IMG/VR virus record: IMGVR_UViG_3300046725_000023
Span: 1-60,785 of that record
Reading direction: 5' to 3' (one strand)
DNA length: 60,785 nucleotides
Origin: a virus
Taxonomy: Duplodnaviria; Caudoviricetes
Shown: positions 46,575 to 55,876 of the stretch, piece by piece
How positions within the stretch are numbered: the first letter of the stretch is position 1
Layout: the number at the start of each line of letters is the position of its first letter
The notes under the pieces: model-generated
Database searches by the model: none
What the model was told of the DNA's origin: nothing
What the model saw: the letters and a program-made list of their open reading frames with translations, nothing else
Made by a program: the position numbers and the translations under genes

Positions 46575-46850
46575 GGTGTCAGCCTATCCTGGAGTGAGGG
46601 GGCATCTCGACCTGACCGCCATGACAGTGAAGTGTCAACGCACCGTGGCCCGCTCGGGAACGGGGAGGTCAACCGAGCGGGCCACGGGCGGGGCAGCACA
46701 CCACGTCCCAGGCAGGCGCGCCGCGACTGTGATGTTACCTGGTCCTCCGCGTCCGGCGCTGACACCAGCACAGGCCGATCATGCCCAGGCTCGGGGAGTG
46801 TCCGAAGATCCAGTGACCGATCCGGCCGCGCTTGTACCAGGTCCGGCGCA

Positions 46851-47381
46851 TCACCGGGACTTCAGCGCCGAGCGCTGCCCGGTGCTCAGGACCAGCTTGT
46901 ACCGGTTCACGTACTGGTTCATCACGTTACGGCCGGTGCTGTGCCCGAGCCCGTGCTGGTGGCCCAGCTCATGGATCAGCAACCAGGTCCGGTTCCGCTC
47001 GAACCGGTAGTACCGGCGCATCGAGCCGCTGGCCTTGCCGGTGTCGATCGTGATCGTGCTCCCCTGGCTCCAGCCCACCGGCGCGCCCTTGACCTTGCCG
47101 GTCTTCACGGTCACGCACCGGTACGCCTTCCCCGAGCAGCGCGACACCAGCCGCATGTCCGATGCCGTGTAGCGGTCCAGCCAGGTCACGGCCGCGCCGA
47201 TCTTCCAGGCGCCGGGGACCTTGTCCACCACCTCGATGACGCGCTTGTTCGCCGGTGGCGGGCCGAACACCGGCCACTCGACCGGGGTTGCGGCCTTCGC
47301 CGGTCCGGCACCGGCCAGCGCCAGCATCACGGCGGCCACGGCCAGCAGCGCCACCACGGCCAGATCTCTCGCCAGCTTCAC
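46851..47381 (-). CDS. Secreted metzincin (matrixin-like) metalloprotease
   Basis: Signal peptide ending AKA; HELGHQHGLGH and Met-turn NVMN; GAGGAGG RBS. Confidence 0.8.
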   Translation of the reverse strand: MKLARDLAVVALLAVAAVMLALAGAGPAKAATPVEWPVFGPPPANKRVIEVVDKVPGAWKIGAAVTWLDRYTASDMRLVSRCSGKAYRCVTVKTGKVKGAPVGWSQGSTITIDTGKASGSMRRYYRFERNRTWLLIHELGHQHGLGHSTGRNVMNQYVNRYKLVLSTGQRSALKSR

Positions 47382-47426
47382 TTCGTCCTCCTCGTTTTGA
47401 CTTACATTACAGCACAGACTGTCAAG

Positions 47427-48008
47427 TCAGCGTGAGGTCCAGCCCATCGTGCACTGGCCGGTCTGGTACCAGGTCTCGGCGTTGACCGGCTCACTGACCG
47501 GGAACTCCACGGACTCGCCGGGGCTGAGCGTGGCGGTCTTGCTGAACGTCCGAGCCGCTTCGCCGGTGACCGGCCAGCTCACCCAGACCTCGCCGGTCTG
47601 CTTCTCGCCGGTGCCGTTGCGGGCGGTCACCGTGGCGATGAGCGCGTACGAACCGATGAGCCGCTTCTTGCACTCGCCCGAGGTCGTCACGGCCTGAACC
47701 GGGAAGCGCACCGGGGAGGTGTCGCTCGGCGGCGCCACGATGATGCCCACGATCCCGCAGCTCATCAGCAGCGTTCCCACGGCCGCCAGCGCCCAGACCC
47801 ACGGCGATACCCCCGTCTCGCGCGTCATGGGCGGCACCCACGGCGGGCGGCCGGGCGACCGGTACGCCTCCGGCGTGTCGATGCCGGGCACCACGTCGTC
47901 CGGCGGCGGCTGCCCCCATTCGGCCAGTGCCTCCATCGCCGCGAACGGCTCACGCTGCGGCAGCGGGCCGCCTCCGGGGTGGAACGTCGCCTCGAACTTC
48001 TCGCTCAT
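47427..48008 (-). CDS. Single-TM protein with extracellular beta-sandwich-like domain
   Basis: GGAGGAG RBS; WVWALAAVGTLLMSCGIVGIIV. Confidence 0.65.
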   Translation of the reverse strand: MSEKFEATFHPGGGPLPQREPFAAMEALAEWGQPPPDDVVPGIDTPEAYRSPGRPPWVPPMTRETGVSPWVWALAAVGTLLMSCGIVGIIVAPPSDTSPVRFPVQAVTTSGECKKRLIGSYALIATVTARNGTGEKQTGEVWVSWPVTGEAARTFSKTATLSPGESVEFPVSEPVNAETWYQTGQCTMGWTSR

Positions 48009-48061
48009 CGTGATCTCCTCCAGGTCGATGGGGGCCGGACGGTCGCCCGGCCCCCGGTGCG

Positions 48062-51000
48062 TCACTTGGTGTAGCACATCCCCCAGGACGTGCCGGTCTT
48101 GCTGACGTCCGCCATGATCGGGACGCCCTTCCAGTCGAACGTGAGTGCCTCGACCACGGCCCGGCCGATCTCCTCGGCCCGCTCGACCGGCGCCGAGAAC
48201 ACGATCTCGTCGTGCACCTGAGCCCGCAGCATCGGCAGGATCTCAGCGGGCAGGCGGAGCAACCCCTCCATCATGATGTCCCGGGCCGCGCCCTGGCCCA
48301 TCAGCGCCGGACCCTGGGTGTGCGCCCGCCGGGGATCGGCGCGCATGAGCCGCCCGAACCCGTTGTCCAGCAGGTCGCCGGACTCCGCGATGGCGCGTAC
48401 CTCGGTCTGCCACTCCACGAGGCGGGGGAACCGCTCGCGCATCGAGGTGTCGAACTGGCGGACCAGCCGGGGCTCGATCTCTTCCATCTGGCTGATGGCC
48501 GCCAGGCCGCGCCCGTAGTTCCAGCCGTGGCCGATGGCCTTGGCCTTCTCCCGGTGCTTCACATCCCCGAACAGCGCGATGGCGATCTCGGCGTGCGGGT
48601 CGTCGTGCTTCAGCATCTCGATGTACGCCTGGTCCTGGCTGAGTCCGGCGACCGCCCGCATGTCGACCTGGCTCAGGTCGGCGGACATGAGTACCTCGCC
48701 CTCGTCGGGCAGGAACACGTCGCGCTCGACGTGACGGCCGCCGCGCTTGCCGAACACGGTCAGCCCCGGGGAGGTGACGGACCAGCGGCCGGTGGCCTGC
48801 TCGAACCCGATCTTGGGGTGGACCCGGCCGTCCGGGCAGAGGTGATCGAGCGCGGTCTGGTAGACCGAGCGGGCGCCCACGATGCGGTAGACGTCCTTCG
48901 CGATGGCGACCACGCCGGGCAGGTGGTGGTACTCGCGGCCCAGGTGGAGCATGTGGTCCGAGCCGACCTGGAACTCTCCGGACTTCTCGGTCCTCCAGAA
49001 CGACGTGGCGCCCTCGCGCCGGAGCGCCTCCTCCAGGGCGGCCTTGCCCGCCTTGGTGGCCAGCGGGCTGGCGTACGCCTTCCCCTTGGCGTCCGTCGTG
49101 GGGATGCCGTAGTTCTCGGCCAGCCGGGCCATGGCGTCCGCCTTGACCTTGCGGACGCCCTCGACCCGTTCGGTCAGCAGCTCCTGATCCACCTTGAAAC
49201 CGTTGTGCCGGATCTGTGCGGCGATGGCGGCCACCCGGTGCTCGCGCACCAGGTAGTCCGGCACGGTGCCGCCCAGCCGCTCCAGCAGCGCGGCGTGCAG
49301 GCGCCGGGACAGCTCGACGTCCTGGCGCATGTAGCCGATGAAGTCGGCCGCGTCGCTGGCCCGCTCCGGGTCCGGGTCGCTGGTGTCGTACGGGATGGCG
49401 TCCCAGCCGCCGTACCTCTTGGCCAGCAGGCCGGACACGTCGGTCAGCTTGTCGCCGAGCCCGTACGCCGGGCCGAGCGTGCCCAGGTCGTACCGGCGCT
49501 GTTGGTCCACGCCCTTGTCCCGGGCCATCGGCGGGTCCACGAACCGCGCCGCCAGCAGCGCATCGAACAGCTTGCCCTCGGCCGCCATCCGGTGGATCTC
49601 CGGCATGGTGATGGTTCCGGCCCGGACCAGCGCGGGGAGGTCGAACGCCATGATGTTGTGGCCGGTGACGGTCGCCGCTCCCCAGAACCGCGAGGTGACG
49701 TTCTCGGCCACCGTGCGGGTGTCCGGGCCGGTGAAGTCCTGGACCGGCTGGTCGTCGGCCGCCGTGGCGCCGATGTGCACGTACTCGGCGCCGGGCACCC
49801 GGTAGAGGTCCGCCGCGTCGCCGGTCTCCAGGTCGAACGTCAGCAGCTCACTTGACGGTGCATTGTCAGACCAGGCCATCCCGTCGCCGCCGTCATCGCC
49901 GGTCGGGTGCTGGATCTTCTCCTGGCGGCCGACCGGCGGCCGGACCTCCTCGTGACCTTCCCCGTCCGTGTCCGACTCGTCGGCGCCGCGCGCCTCGCCG
50001 TGCTCGTTCTCCGGCGCCGGGTCGGGCTGCGGCTCATGCCCGCACACGTTCGGGTGGCAGGCGATCCACCCACTGGCGTCCGCCACGCCACCATGCAGCG
50101 AGCAACCCAGCTTTCCGTCCCAGGCCGGTGACTCCGGCTCGGGCTCGGGCGTCACCGGCGGCGGCTCGGGCGGCTGGGGAGCGGCACCGTCGGCGCCCTC
50201 CTCGAACACGCGCCACACGCTGACGTGGCCGTGAGCGAACCCCTGGCGCTCCACCCAGAGCTTGCCGTACCGGCGACCGCTCAGCCGCGAGTACGCCTCC
50301 CCCAGGGCCTTGCCGTACGCCTTGTCCTCCGGGTCGTCCAGCTTGGGCGGCGCCATGTACCCGGCCACGTTGGCGCGAGCCTTCGCCTTGACGTCGGCGG
50401 TCTTGAACGGGTTGTTGCCGAACGTGCGCCGCAGCCACTCCAGGTGACCGGCCCAGTACTGGGTATCGAAATCGGACTCCGAACGCCACACCTTCAGGTT
50501 GTCCAGGAACCCGGTCATCCCGGCCACCTCCAGGATGCCGCCGGTGATCTTCTCCCAGGTCTCGAACGATCCGAACGACACGCCGCGTTTGGGCCGGGGC
50601 TGGCCCTTGGCGAACCAGGCCCGGACCAAGGTCAGGATGGCGGTCATGATCTCGGCGCGGTTCTTCCGGGTCCACTCCGGCAGTTCCAGGCCGGACTGAC
50701 CGGGGTGACGGAACGAGGAGGACGGCCGGTCCTGCGGGTTGGCGTACTTGGGCCGCAGCGCGATCCGGTAGACCCGGCGCGTGAGGTCCCCCCGGACCTG
50801 GACCTGGTTGCCCAGCGAGATCCACGTGATGACGTTGGGGAAGTTCGCCATGGTCGAGACGCCCAGGATGCGGTCCTGCCAGGTGGCCGCCGTGAGGGCC
50901 TGTGCCAGCGGCGCGCCCTCGACCGTGTGGGCCTCATCGAACACGAAAAACTCGGCGCCGGTGCGGAACGCGGCCGTGATCTGCTTACGGAGTTCGTCGG

Positions 51001-52435
51001 CCTCCGGCACCCAGTTCATCGGCTCGGCGGCCGACCCGGTGTAGACGGTCAGCAGGCTGTCCGCGAGCAGGTTCTTGCCCACGCCCATCTGGAGCCCGTC
51101 CACCACGGCAAGCGGCACCTTGGGCACCATCCCCCGGATGGCCGGGGTGAGGATCAGCGCCATCATGTTGGCCCGGTCCACGTCGGAGTCGAACGGGAAG
51201 TCCCCGAGCCACTCGTCCAGGATCAGCTTGCGGGCGGCCGAGATCTCGTCCGGGCTCGGGTCCTCGGGGACCTTGATCCCCTCGAACACCGGGTCCGGCA
51301 TGAGCATGGTCTGGGTGCTCTCGTCGTACCCGGGCTCGGTCACCACCGTGCCGTCGGGCCGGACGTACGGGGCGTGGCTGATCCGGGCCAGGGGAGCGAA
51401 GTGGTCGGCGCGGCTGAGCACGGCGGCCATCGTGTTCGGGTCCGGCCAGGCGTAGCCGTAGGTGGTGCCGTTCGCGCCCTCGTTCTCGTTCACCGTGATG
51501 GCGGTTTCCTGAATCACGTCGTTGAACGTGCCCTTGTCGATCGGCTTCATCGTGGCGGTCTTGCGGCGGCTGAGCACTCCGCCGTGGCAGAACAGCTCGA
51601 CCGCGTTCCACTTCTCCAGCAGCGCGGTGGTCAGATCGTTGATGACCGAGAACCGGTCACGGTTGACGATGACGGTCGCCCGTCCGTCGTCCGCCTCCGG
51701 CGCGCCCTTGGCCTTGCCCTTCCCCTTGGGTGCCTTGTCGGCGGGCTTGGGCTTGGCGTCGTTCACGATGCGGGCCATGTAGGTGGCCCGCCGGTCGGCG
51801 CCCTTGGAGCCCAGCACGTCGTCCAGGCCGGACTTCCCCGTAGCCACCAGGCGACCGAACCGGACCTTGGTGGCGCCCTCGGACACCAGCACGGCGGCCA
51901 GCTCCGTCCCGGCCTCGTACACCTGGGGGTTGTCGGACGCGTCGGCGTCCAGGATCACCACGACCTCGCGGCCGTCCACAACCTCCAGATCGGGGATGGG
52001 CATCCCGTCCTTCTGCCACGACCGGCAGCCCGCGATGCCGTAGACGGACCAGCCGTCCGGCGCGTAGCTGGCACCGGCGAGGCATTGCTTGGTCCCCTCG
52101 ATGATCAGGACCTTGGTCGAGCCGGGCACCACGCGGACGCCCCAGAGAACCGGCGTCATCTCGCGGGCGAACACGTACTTGCGATCCCGGCCCCGGCTGT
52201 CCTGGGTCGGGTCGTCCGGGCGCACCTGGTACTCGATCCGGCCGTCCGGGCTGGTCCAGGGGAACAGGATGGCCGGGTGGTTCGCCCAGTTGCCCCAGAC
52301 GCCCTCGGTCGGGTTGTCCTCGCGGGTGAGCAGCGAGCGGACACCCAGCGATAGAGCCAGCTCGATATTCACGGCCTGAGCCGCCAGGTACTCGGCGTGC
52401 TCGGGGGTCAGTCGGGCTGTGTTATCGTCGGCCAC
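48062..52435 (-). CDS. Fused TOPRIM primase (DUF3854-like), P-loop helicase-like domain, 3'-5' exonuclease and family A DNA polymerase
   Basis: IIEGTKQ...ILDADA...GLDD; GLQMGVGKNLL and FVFDEA; TFDLET, GHNIMAFDLP, YMRQDV; QATGRWS, DLSQVDMR, KAKAIGHGWNYG, QVHDE. Confidence 0.9.
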   Translation of the reverse strand: MADDNTARLTPEHAEYLAAQAVNIELALSLGVRSLLTREDNPTEGVWGNWANHPAILFPWTSPDGRIEYQVRPDDPTQDSRGRDRKYVFAREMTPVLWGVRVVPGSTKVLIIEGTKQCLAGASYAPDGWSVYGIAGCRSWQKDGMPIPDLEVVDGREVVVILDADASDNPQVYEAGTELAAVLVSEGATKVRFGRLVATGKSGLDDVLGSKGADRRATYMARIVNDAKPKPADKAPKGKGKAKGAPEADDGRATVIVNRDRFSVINDLTTALLEKWNAVELFCHGGVLSRRKTATMKPIDKGTFNDVIQETAITVNENEGANGTTYGYAWPDPNTMAAVLSRADHFAPLARISHAPYVRPDGTVVTEPGYDESTQTMLMPDPVFEGIKVPEDPSPDEISAARKLILDEWLGDFPFDSDVDRANMMALILTPAIRGMVPKVPLAVVDGLQMGVGKNLLADSLLTVYTGSAAEPMNWVPEADELRKQITAAFRTGAEFFVFDEAHTVEGAPLAQALTAATWQDRILGVSTMANFPNVITWISLGNQVQVRGDLTRRVYRIALRPKYANPQDRPSSSFRHPGQSGLELPEWTRKNRAEIMTAILTLVRAWFAKGQPRPKRGVSFGSFETWEKITGGILEVAGMTGFLDNLKVWRSESDFDTQYWAGHLEWLRRTFGNNPFKTADVKAKARANVAGYMAPPKLDDPEDKAYGKALGEAYSRLSGRRYGKLWVERQGFAHGHVSVWRVFEEGADGAAPQPPEPPPVTPEPEPESPAWDGKLGCSLHGGVADASGWIACHPNVCGHEPQPDPAPENEHGEARGADESDTDGEGHEEVRPPVGRQEKIQHPTGDDGGDGMAWSDNAPSSELLTFDLETGDAADLYRVPGAEYVHIGATAADDQPVQDFTGPDTRTVAENVTSRFWGAATVTGHNIMAFDLPALVRAGTITMPEIHRMAAEGKLFDALLAARFVDPPMARDKGVDQQRRYDLGTLGPAYGLGDKLTDVSGLLAKRYGGWDAIPYDTSDPDPERASDAADFIGYMRQDVELSRRLHAALLERLGGTVPDYLVREHRVAAIAAQIRHNGFKVDQELLTERVEGVRKVKADAMARLAENYGIPTTDAKGKAYASPLATKAGKAALEEALRREGATSFWRTEKSGEFQVGSDHMLHLGREYHHLPGVVAIAKDVYRIVGARSVYQTALDHLCPDGRVHPKIGFEQATGRWSVTSPGLTVFGKRGGRHVERDVFLPDEGEVLMSADLSQVDMRAVAGLSQDQAYIEMLKHDDPHAEIAIALFGDVKHREKAKAIGHGWNYGRGLAAISQMEEIEPRLVRQFDTSMRERFPRLVEWQTEVRAIAESGDLLDNGFGRLMRADPRRAHTQGPALMGQGAARDIMMEGLLRLPAEILPMLRAQVHDEIVFSAPVERAEEIGRAVVEALTFDWKGVPIMADVSKTGTSWGMCYTK

Positions 52436-52515
52436 AGTTTGGTCTTCCTCTCCAGGTCGATCTACTCCGGGCCGGTTCCCCTCGCGGGGTTCCGGCCCGG
52501 CTCCGTTCTCAGACC

Positions 52516-53262
52516 TTACGCCTGGGTCTCGGACTGGACGGGGGGAGTGGGGGGACCGTACGGGAACGGAGCGCCCACGATGTCACGGACCTTGCGGACC
52601 GAGCTGGCCAGCCGCTCCGGGTTGGTCTCGCCGCCGTCCAGGATGATCCGGATGTCGTTGCCCATCACCACGCCCGCCACCCGGCCGATGGTGCGGCTCA
52701 ACTTCTGGATCTCGTGCTGAGCCTCGTGGAGCGCGGTCTCGGCGGACTCCGTCCGGTGGCCCGCCACGGCGACCTGTGCCAGCGCGGTGGCCTCGTTCTT
52801 CTTGCTGATCTCCAGCAGCCGGTCCCGATCGCGGCGCTGGCTGACCAATGCGGCCAGGTCGTCGGTCGCCTGGTCCAGGGCCTTGTCCCGCTGAGCGACG
52901 AGGGCGCGCGACTCCTCCAGCTCGGTCCGCAGCTTGGCCGCCACCTTCTCGGCGCTCTCGGCCCAGGTCTGGTTCTTGTCGGCGCGCTGCTGCTCGGTCT
53001 TGCGGTCCACGTCGTACAGGTGGACCTGTCGCTCCAGGGTGGCGCGTGCGGCCTCGCGCTGGTCGCGCTCGATAGTCCGGCGAACCAGTTCGCTCTCCAG
53101 CTCGGCGATCCGGCGCTGGAGGGGCTTAGCCACCAGCTCGGCCTCCCCGGCCTGTGCGTCGCCCACCTCGGCGGCCGTGTAGAGCCGCTCTGACATTGCA
53201 TCGTCAAAGGTGACCGTCACGGTCACGCGGTCCGCGTGGACCTCCGCCAACGTCCTCACCAT
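52516..53262 (-). CDS. Coiled-coil protein
   Basis: GGGGAGG RBS, heptad pattern; promoter TTGCCA-17-TAAGGT at 53330-53358. Confidence 0.7.
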   Translation of the reverse strand: MVRTLAEVHADRVTVTVTFDDAMSERLYTAAEVGDAQAGEAELVAKPLQRRIAELESELVRRTIERDQREAARATLERQVHLYDVDRKTEQQRADKNQTWAESAEKVAAKLRTELEESRALVAQRDKALDQATDDLAALVSQRRDRDRLLEISKKNEATALAQVAVAGHRTESAETALHEAQHEIQKLSRTIGRVAGVVMGNDIRIILDGGETNPERLASSVRKVRDIVGAPFPYGPPTPPVQSETQA

Positions 53263-53360
53263 GTCTGGACCTCCCCGTCCTCTGGTGTGTGAGGCGGGGG
53301 AACTGACCGTCCCCCCGCCTGGGAAGTGAACCTTACAGCCGTGCCGGTCTGGTGGCAAGC

Positions 53361-55034
53361 CTAGACCGTGATGCCCATCCGCTTCGCCGCCCGGCGGCCC
53401 TGGATCCGGGTCAGCAGGTCGGCCGCCTGGCCCTTGGTCTTCACCCGGGGGAGCGCGGCGGCGGGCAGCCCCTCGGCCATGAGCTTGTTCCGCTGTGCCG
53501 GAGAGGCGGGCTCATTGCGCCACCGGGCCTTGCGCTCGGCCAGCTTCTGGAACGCCTTAGCCCGGTCCTCCCCGATGCCCATCGCCCAGTCGGACGGCAG
53601 GGCCTCGTGGAGCACGGTCAGCCGGTTGTCCGCGTAGCTCGCCAGCCGCCAGGTGTCCTCCAGGGTCGGAGCCATGATGACGATCTCCTGACCGGCGCCG
53701 AGCACCCAGGCCGGGCCTACGGGCAGCCAGGAGAGCCGGGAAGACCCGAACACGTCCACGGTGCCCTTGCGGCCAGCCTGGCAGTTGTCGTGCCGTGTGC
53801 CGCCGTCCCGGGTCACGCCCACGGGGAGGTAACGATGGCACAGCGCGCACCGGTGGGTCACCACCTCGCACGGGACCTCGCACGTCGGGCACGCCTGGCG
53901 CTCGGTCTCGCCCTCTTTCTTCTTGCGCTGGTCGTCCAGGTCCAGCCCGAGGTCCACCACGCCGATCAGTTCGTGGCGCTGGCTGGCGCCCACGATGTCG
54001 ATGACCAGCAGGTTGGTCTTCCCCGGGGACAGCCGCGTACCCCGGCCGACCATCTGGACGTAGAGCCCGTGGAACTTGGTCGGGCGGCCGATGAGCACGC
54101 ACTCGATCGACGGCTCATCGAACCCTTCCGTGAGCACGGCGCAGTTCGTCACCCACTGGGTGGTGCCGTGCTTCAGCCGGGTCAGGATGGCCTTGCGCTC
54201 CTCGGTCGGCGTGTTGCCGTCCACGTGCTCGGCCCGGATGCCGCGAGCCACCAGCGCGGCGGCGAGCAGCTCCGAAGTCTTGATCGTGGGGAGGAACGCC
54301 AGCCCCTTACGGTCGGCCGCGTGCTCGATGACCGCGTCCGCCATCTGCTCGATGGCGCCGGAGTCCTCCAGCTCCCGGCCCAGGTCGCCGTCCGAGTAGT
54401 CGCCGCCGGTCTTGCGGACCTTGGTCATGTCCATCCGGGTCTCGACCACCACGGCGGGCAGGATCGGGACCAGGAACCCCCGGAAGATCGCCTCCCGGAT
54501 GGACATGAAGTCCACGACCTTCTGCCAGACGCCCAGGGTCTTGCCGTTGTCGCGCTCCGGCGTGGCCGTGAACCCGACGGCCAGGGGACCGTACGGGTTG
54601 AACGCGCCCAGCGCGGTCAGTACCTTGGTCCAGCTCGGGCTCGGTGCGTGGTGCGCCTCGTCAGCGATGATCGTGGCCAGCGGGCGGCGCCGGAGCGACT
54701 CCAGAAGCTGAGCCATCCGGCCGTCCCGCTGGATCGTCGGCACGGACGCCACGATGATGTCGGCGTCCAGATCGTTGTGCTCGGCCTTGACCAGCCCGGT
54801 CCGCAGCTCGGGCGCCTGCCAGGCCAGCTTCTCGCGGGCCTGGGTCGCCAGCTCCTCCCGGTGGGTCAGAACGATGGACCGGCCCCGGTCGGCGCGCCGG
54901 TGCACGGCCGCCGCGAACGTCACGGTCTTGCCGGTGCCGGTCGGGTGGACCACGAGCGGGCGCCGGACGCCCTCGCGCTCGGCCTGGTCCACCGCGTCCA
55001 GGGTCCGCTCCTGGTAGTCGCGCAGCTCCAACAT
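53361..55034 (-). CDS. SF2 DEAH-box DNA helicase
   Basis: LRDYQ, PTGTGKT, DEAHH, TATP, VLTEGFD, QMVGRGTR, Cys cluster. Confidence 0.9.
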   Translation of the reverse strand: MLELRDYQERTLDAVDQAEREGVRRPLVVHPTGTGKTVTFAAAVHRRADRGRSIVLTHREELATQAREKLAWQAPELRTGLVKAEHNDLDADIIVASVPTIQRDGRMAQLLESLRRRPLATIIADEAHHAPSPSWTKVLTALGAFNPYGPLAVGFTATPERDNGKTLGVWQKVVDFMSIREAIFRGFLVPILPAVVVETRMDMTKVRKTGGDYSDGDLGRELEDSGAIEQMADAVIEHAADRKGLAFLPTIKTSELLAAALVARGIRAEHVDGNTPTEERKAILTRLKHGTTQWVTNCAVLTEGFDEPSIECVLIGRPTKFHGLYVQMVGRGTRLSPGKTNLLVIDIVGASQRHELIGVVDLGLDLDDQRKKKEGETERQACPTCEVPCEVVTHRCALCHRYLPVGVTRDGGTRHDNCQAGRKGTVDVFGSSRLSWLPVGPAWVLGAGQEIVIMAPTLEDTWRLASYADNRLTVLHEALPSDWAMGIGEDRAKAFQKLAERKARWRNEPASPAQRNKLMAEGLPAAALPRVKTKGQAADLLTRIQGRRAAKRMGITV

Positions 55035-55420
55035 CAGTGCCCCCGCTGGACGTTCGCGCTGAACCGCTTGTACGGGCGGCCCCTCATTGCGCCGTGCTCG
55101 ATGATCGTCTCCCCGTCGAACCAGACCTGGAGCCGGTCCCCGATCTGGGGAGCGCCGCCGGACAGCGCGTGCCGCAGCGAGGAGGCGAACGCCTTGATGC
55201 GGACCCGGCCGGTCCCGCCGGTCCAGAGGTCCACGAACGGGACCGGCCCAACCAGACCGGCGGTCTCGCCCATCCGCAGGACCACGCCGGAGATCGTGGC
55301 GCCCGGCTCGGACGGGAACCAGGTCACGGCCGGGTCGCCCTCGGTCAGCGCGCGGACGGCGCACATGAGGCACGTGGCCTCGTGGTCCGTCGCGTTCGTG
55401 TCGTGCTCGGTTGTCGTCAT
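55034..55420 (-). CDS. OB-fold ssDNA-binding-like protein, paralogue 2
   Basis: WFPSEPGATISGVV...PQIGDRLQVWFDGE...GRPYKRF; leaderless promoter TTGACA-17-TAAGGT at 55428-55456. Confidence 0.6.
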   Translation of the reverse strand: MTTTEHDTNATDHEATCLMCAVRALTEGDPAVTWFPSEPGATISGVVLRMGETAGLVGPVPFVDLWTGGTGRVRIKAFASSLRHALSGGAPQIGDRLQVWFDGETIIEHGAMRGRPYKRFSANVQRGH

Positions 55421-55490
55421 GGCAGTTACCTTACCGTCCCGCCTGTGAAGTGTCAAAGAGTGGTGCCGGTCAGTTCGTGACAGTGCACTG

Positions 55491-55793
55491 TCAGGGGGTC
55501 GGCACCTCGGGGAGGTCGGCCGGATAGACCGCGTCCCACGAACCGGCGACACGGACCCACTCGACCACGCGGCCGTGCTTCTCCAGCCAGCGCTCGACGG
55601 CGGGCCACCCGGCGGCCGTGGGCACCTGGCCCGAGCCGGTCAGGTACCAGAGTCCGCCGGTCTTCAGCGCGGCGTAGGTGAACACCTTGGGCGGCGCCAT
55701 GCCGCGCGTGTCCTGTGCGTCCTCCTGGCGGTCGTACCGGATGCCGAGCACCAGCACGGTGCCGTTCGGGAACTTGCGGGTCAGCTTGAACAT
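55491..55793 (-). CDS. Hypothetical protein
   Basis: GGAGAGG RBS; FTYAALKTGGLWYLTG. Confidence 0.7.
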   Translation of the reverse strand: MFKLTRKFPNGTVLVLGIRYDRQEDAQDTRGMAPPKVFTYAALKTGGLWYLTGSGQVPTAAGWPAVERWLEKHGRVVEWVRVAGSWDAVYPADLPEVPTP

Positions 55794-55876
55794 GAGGGCC
55801 TCTCCAGGGGATGAACGGGAACGGGCCGCCCGGTGTGAACCACGCCGGACGGCCCGAGAGGTGATGCGAGCCTGGG

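Noticed and set aside
49860-50200. Intein in the polymerase linker
   Set aside because: No Cys/Ser...His-Asn splice junction or LAGLIDADG motifs; low-complexity linker
50225-52354. Long + strand ORFs (also 53352-55448, 43967-45829, 16827-18595, 28535-30241, 34590-36185)
   Set aside because: Antisense shadows of well-supported - strand genes, expected in high-GC DNA
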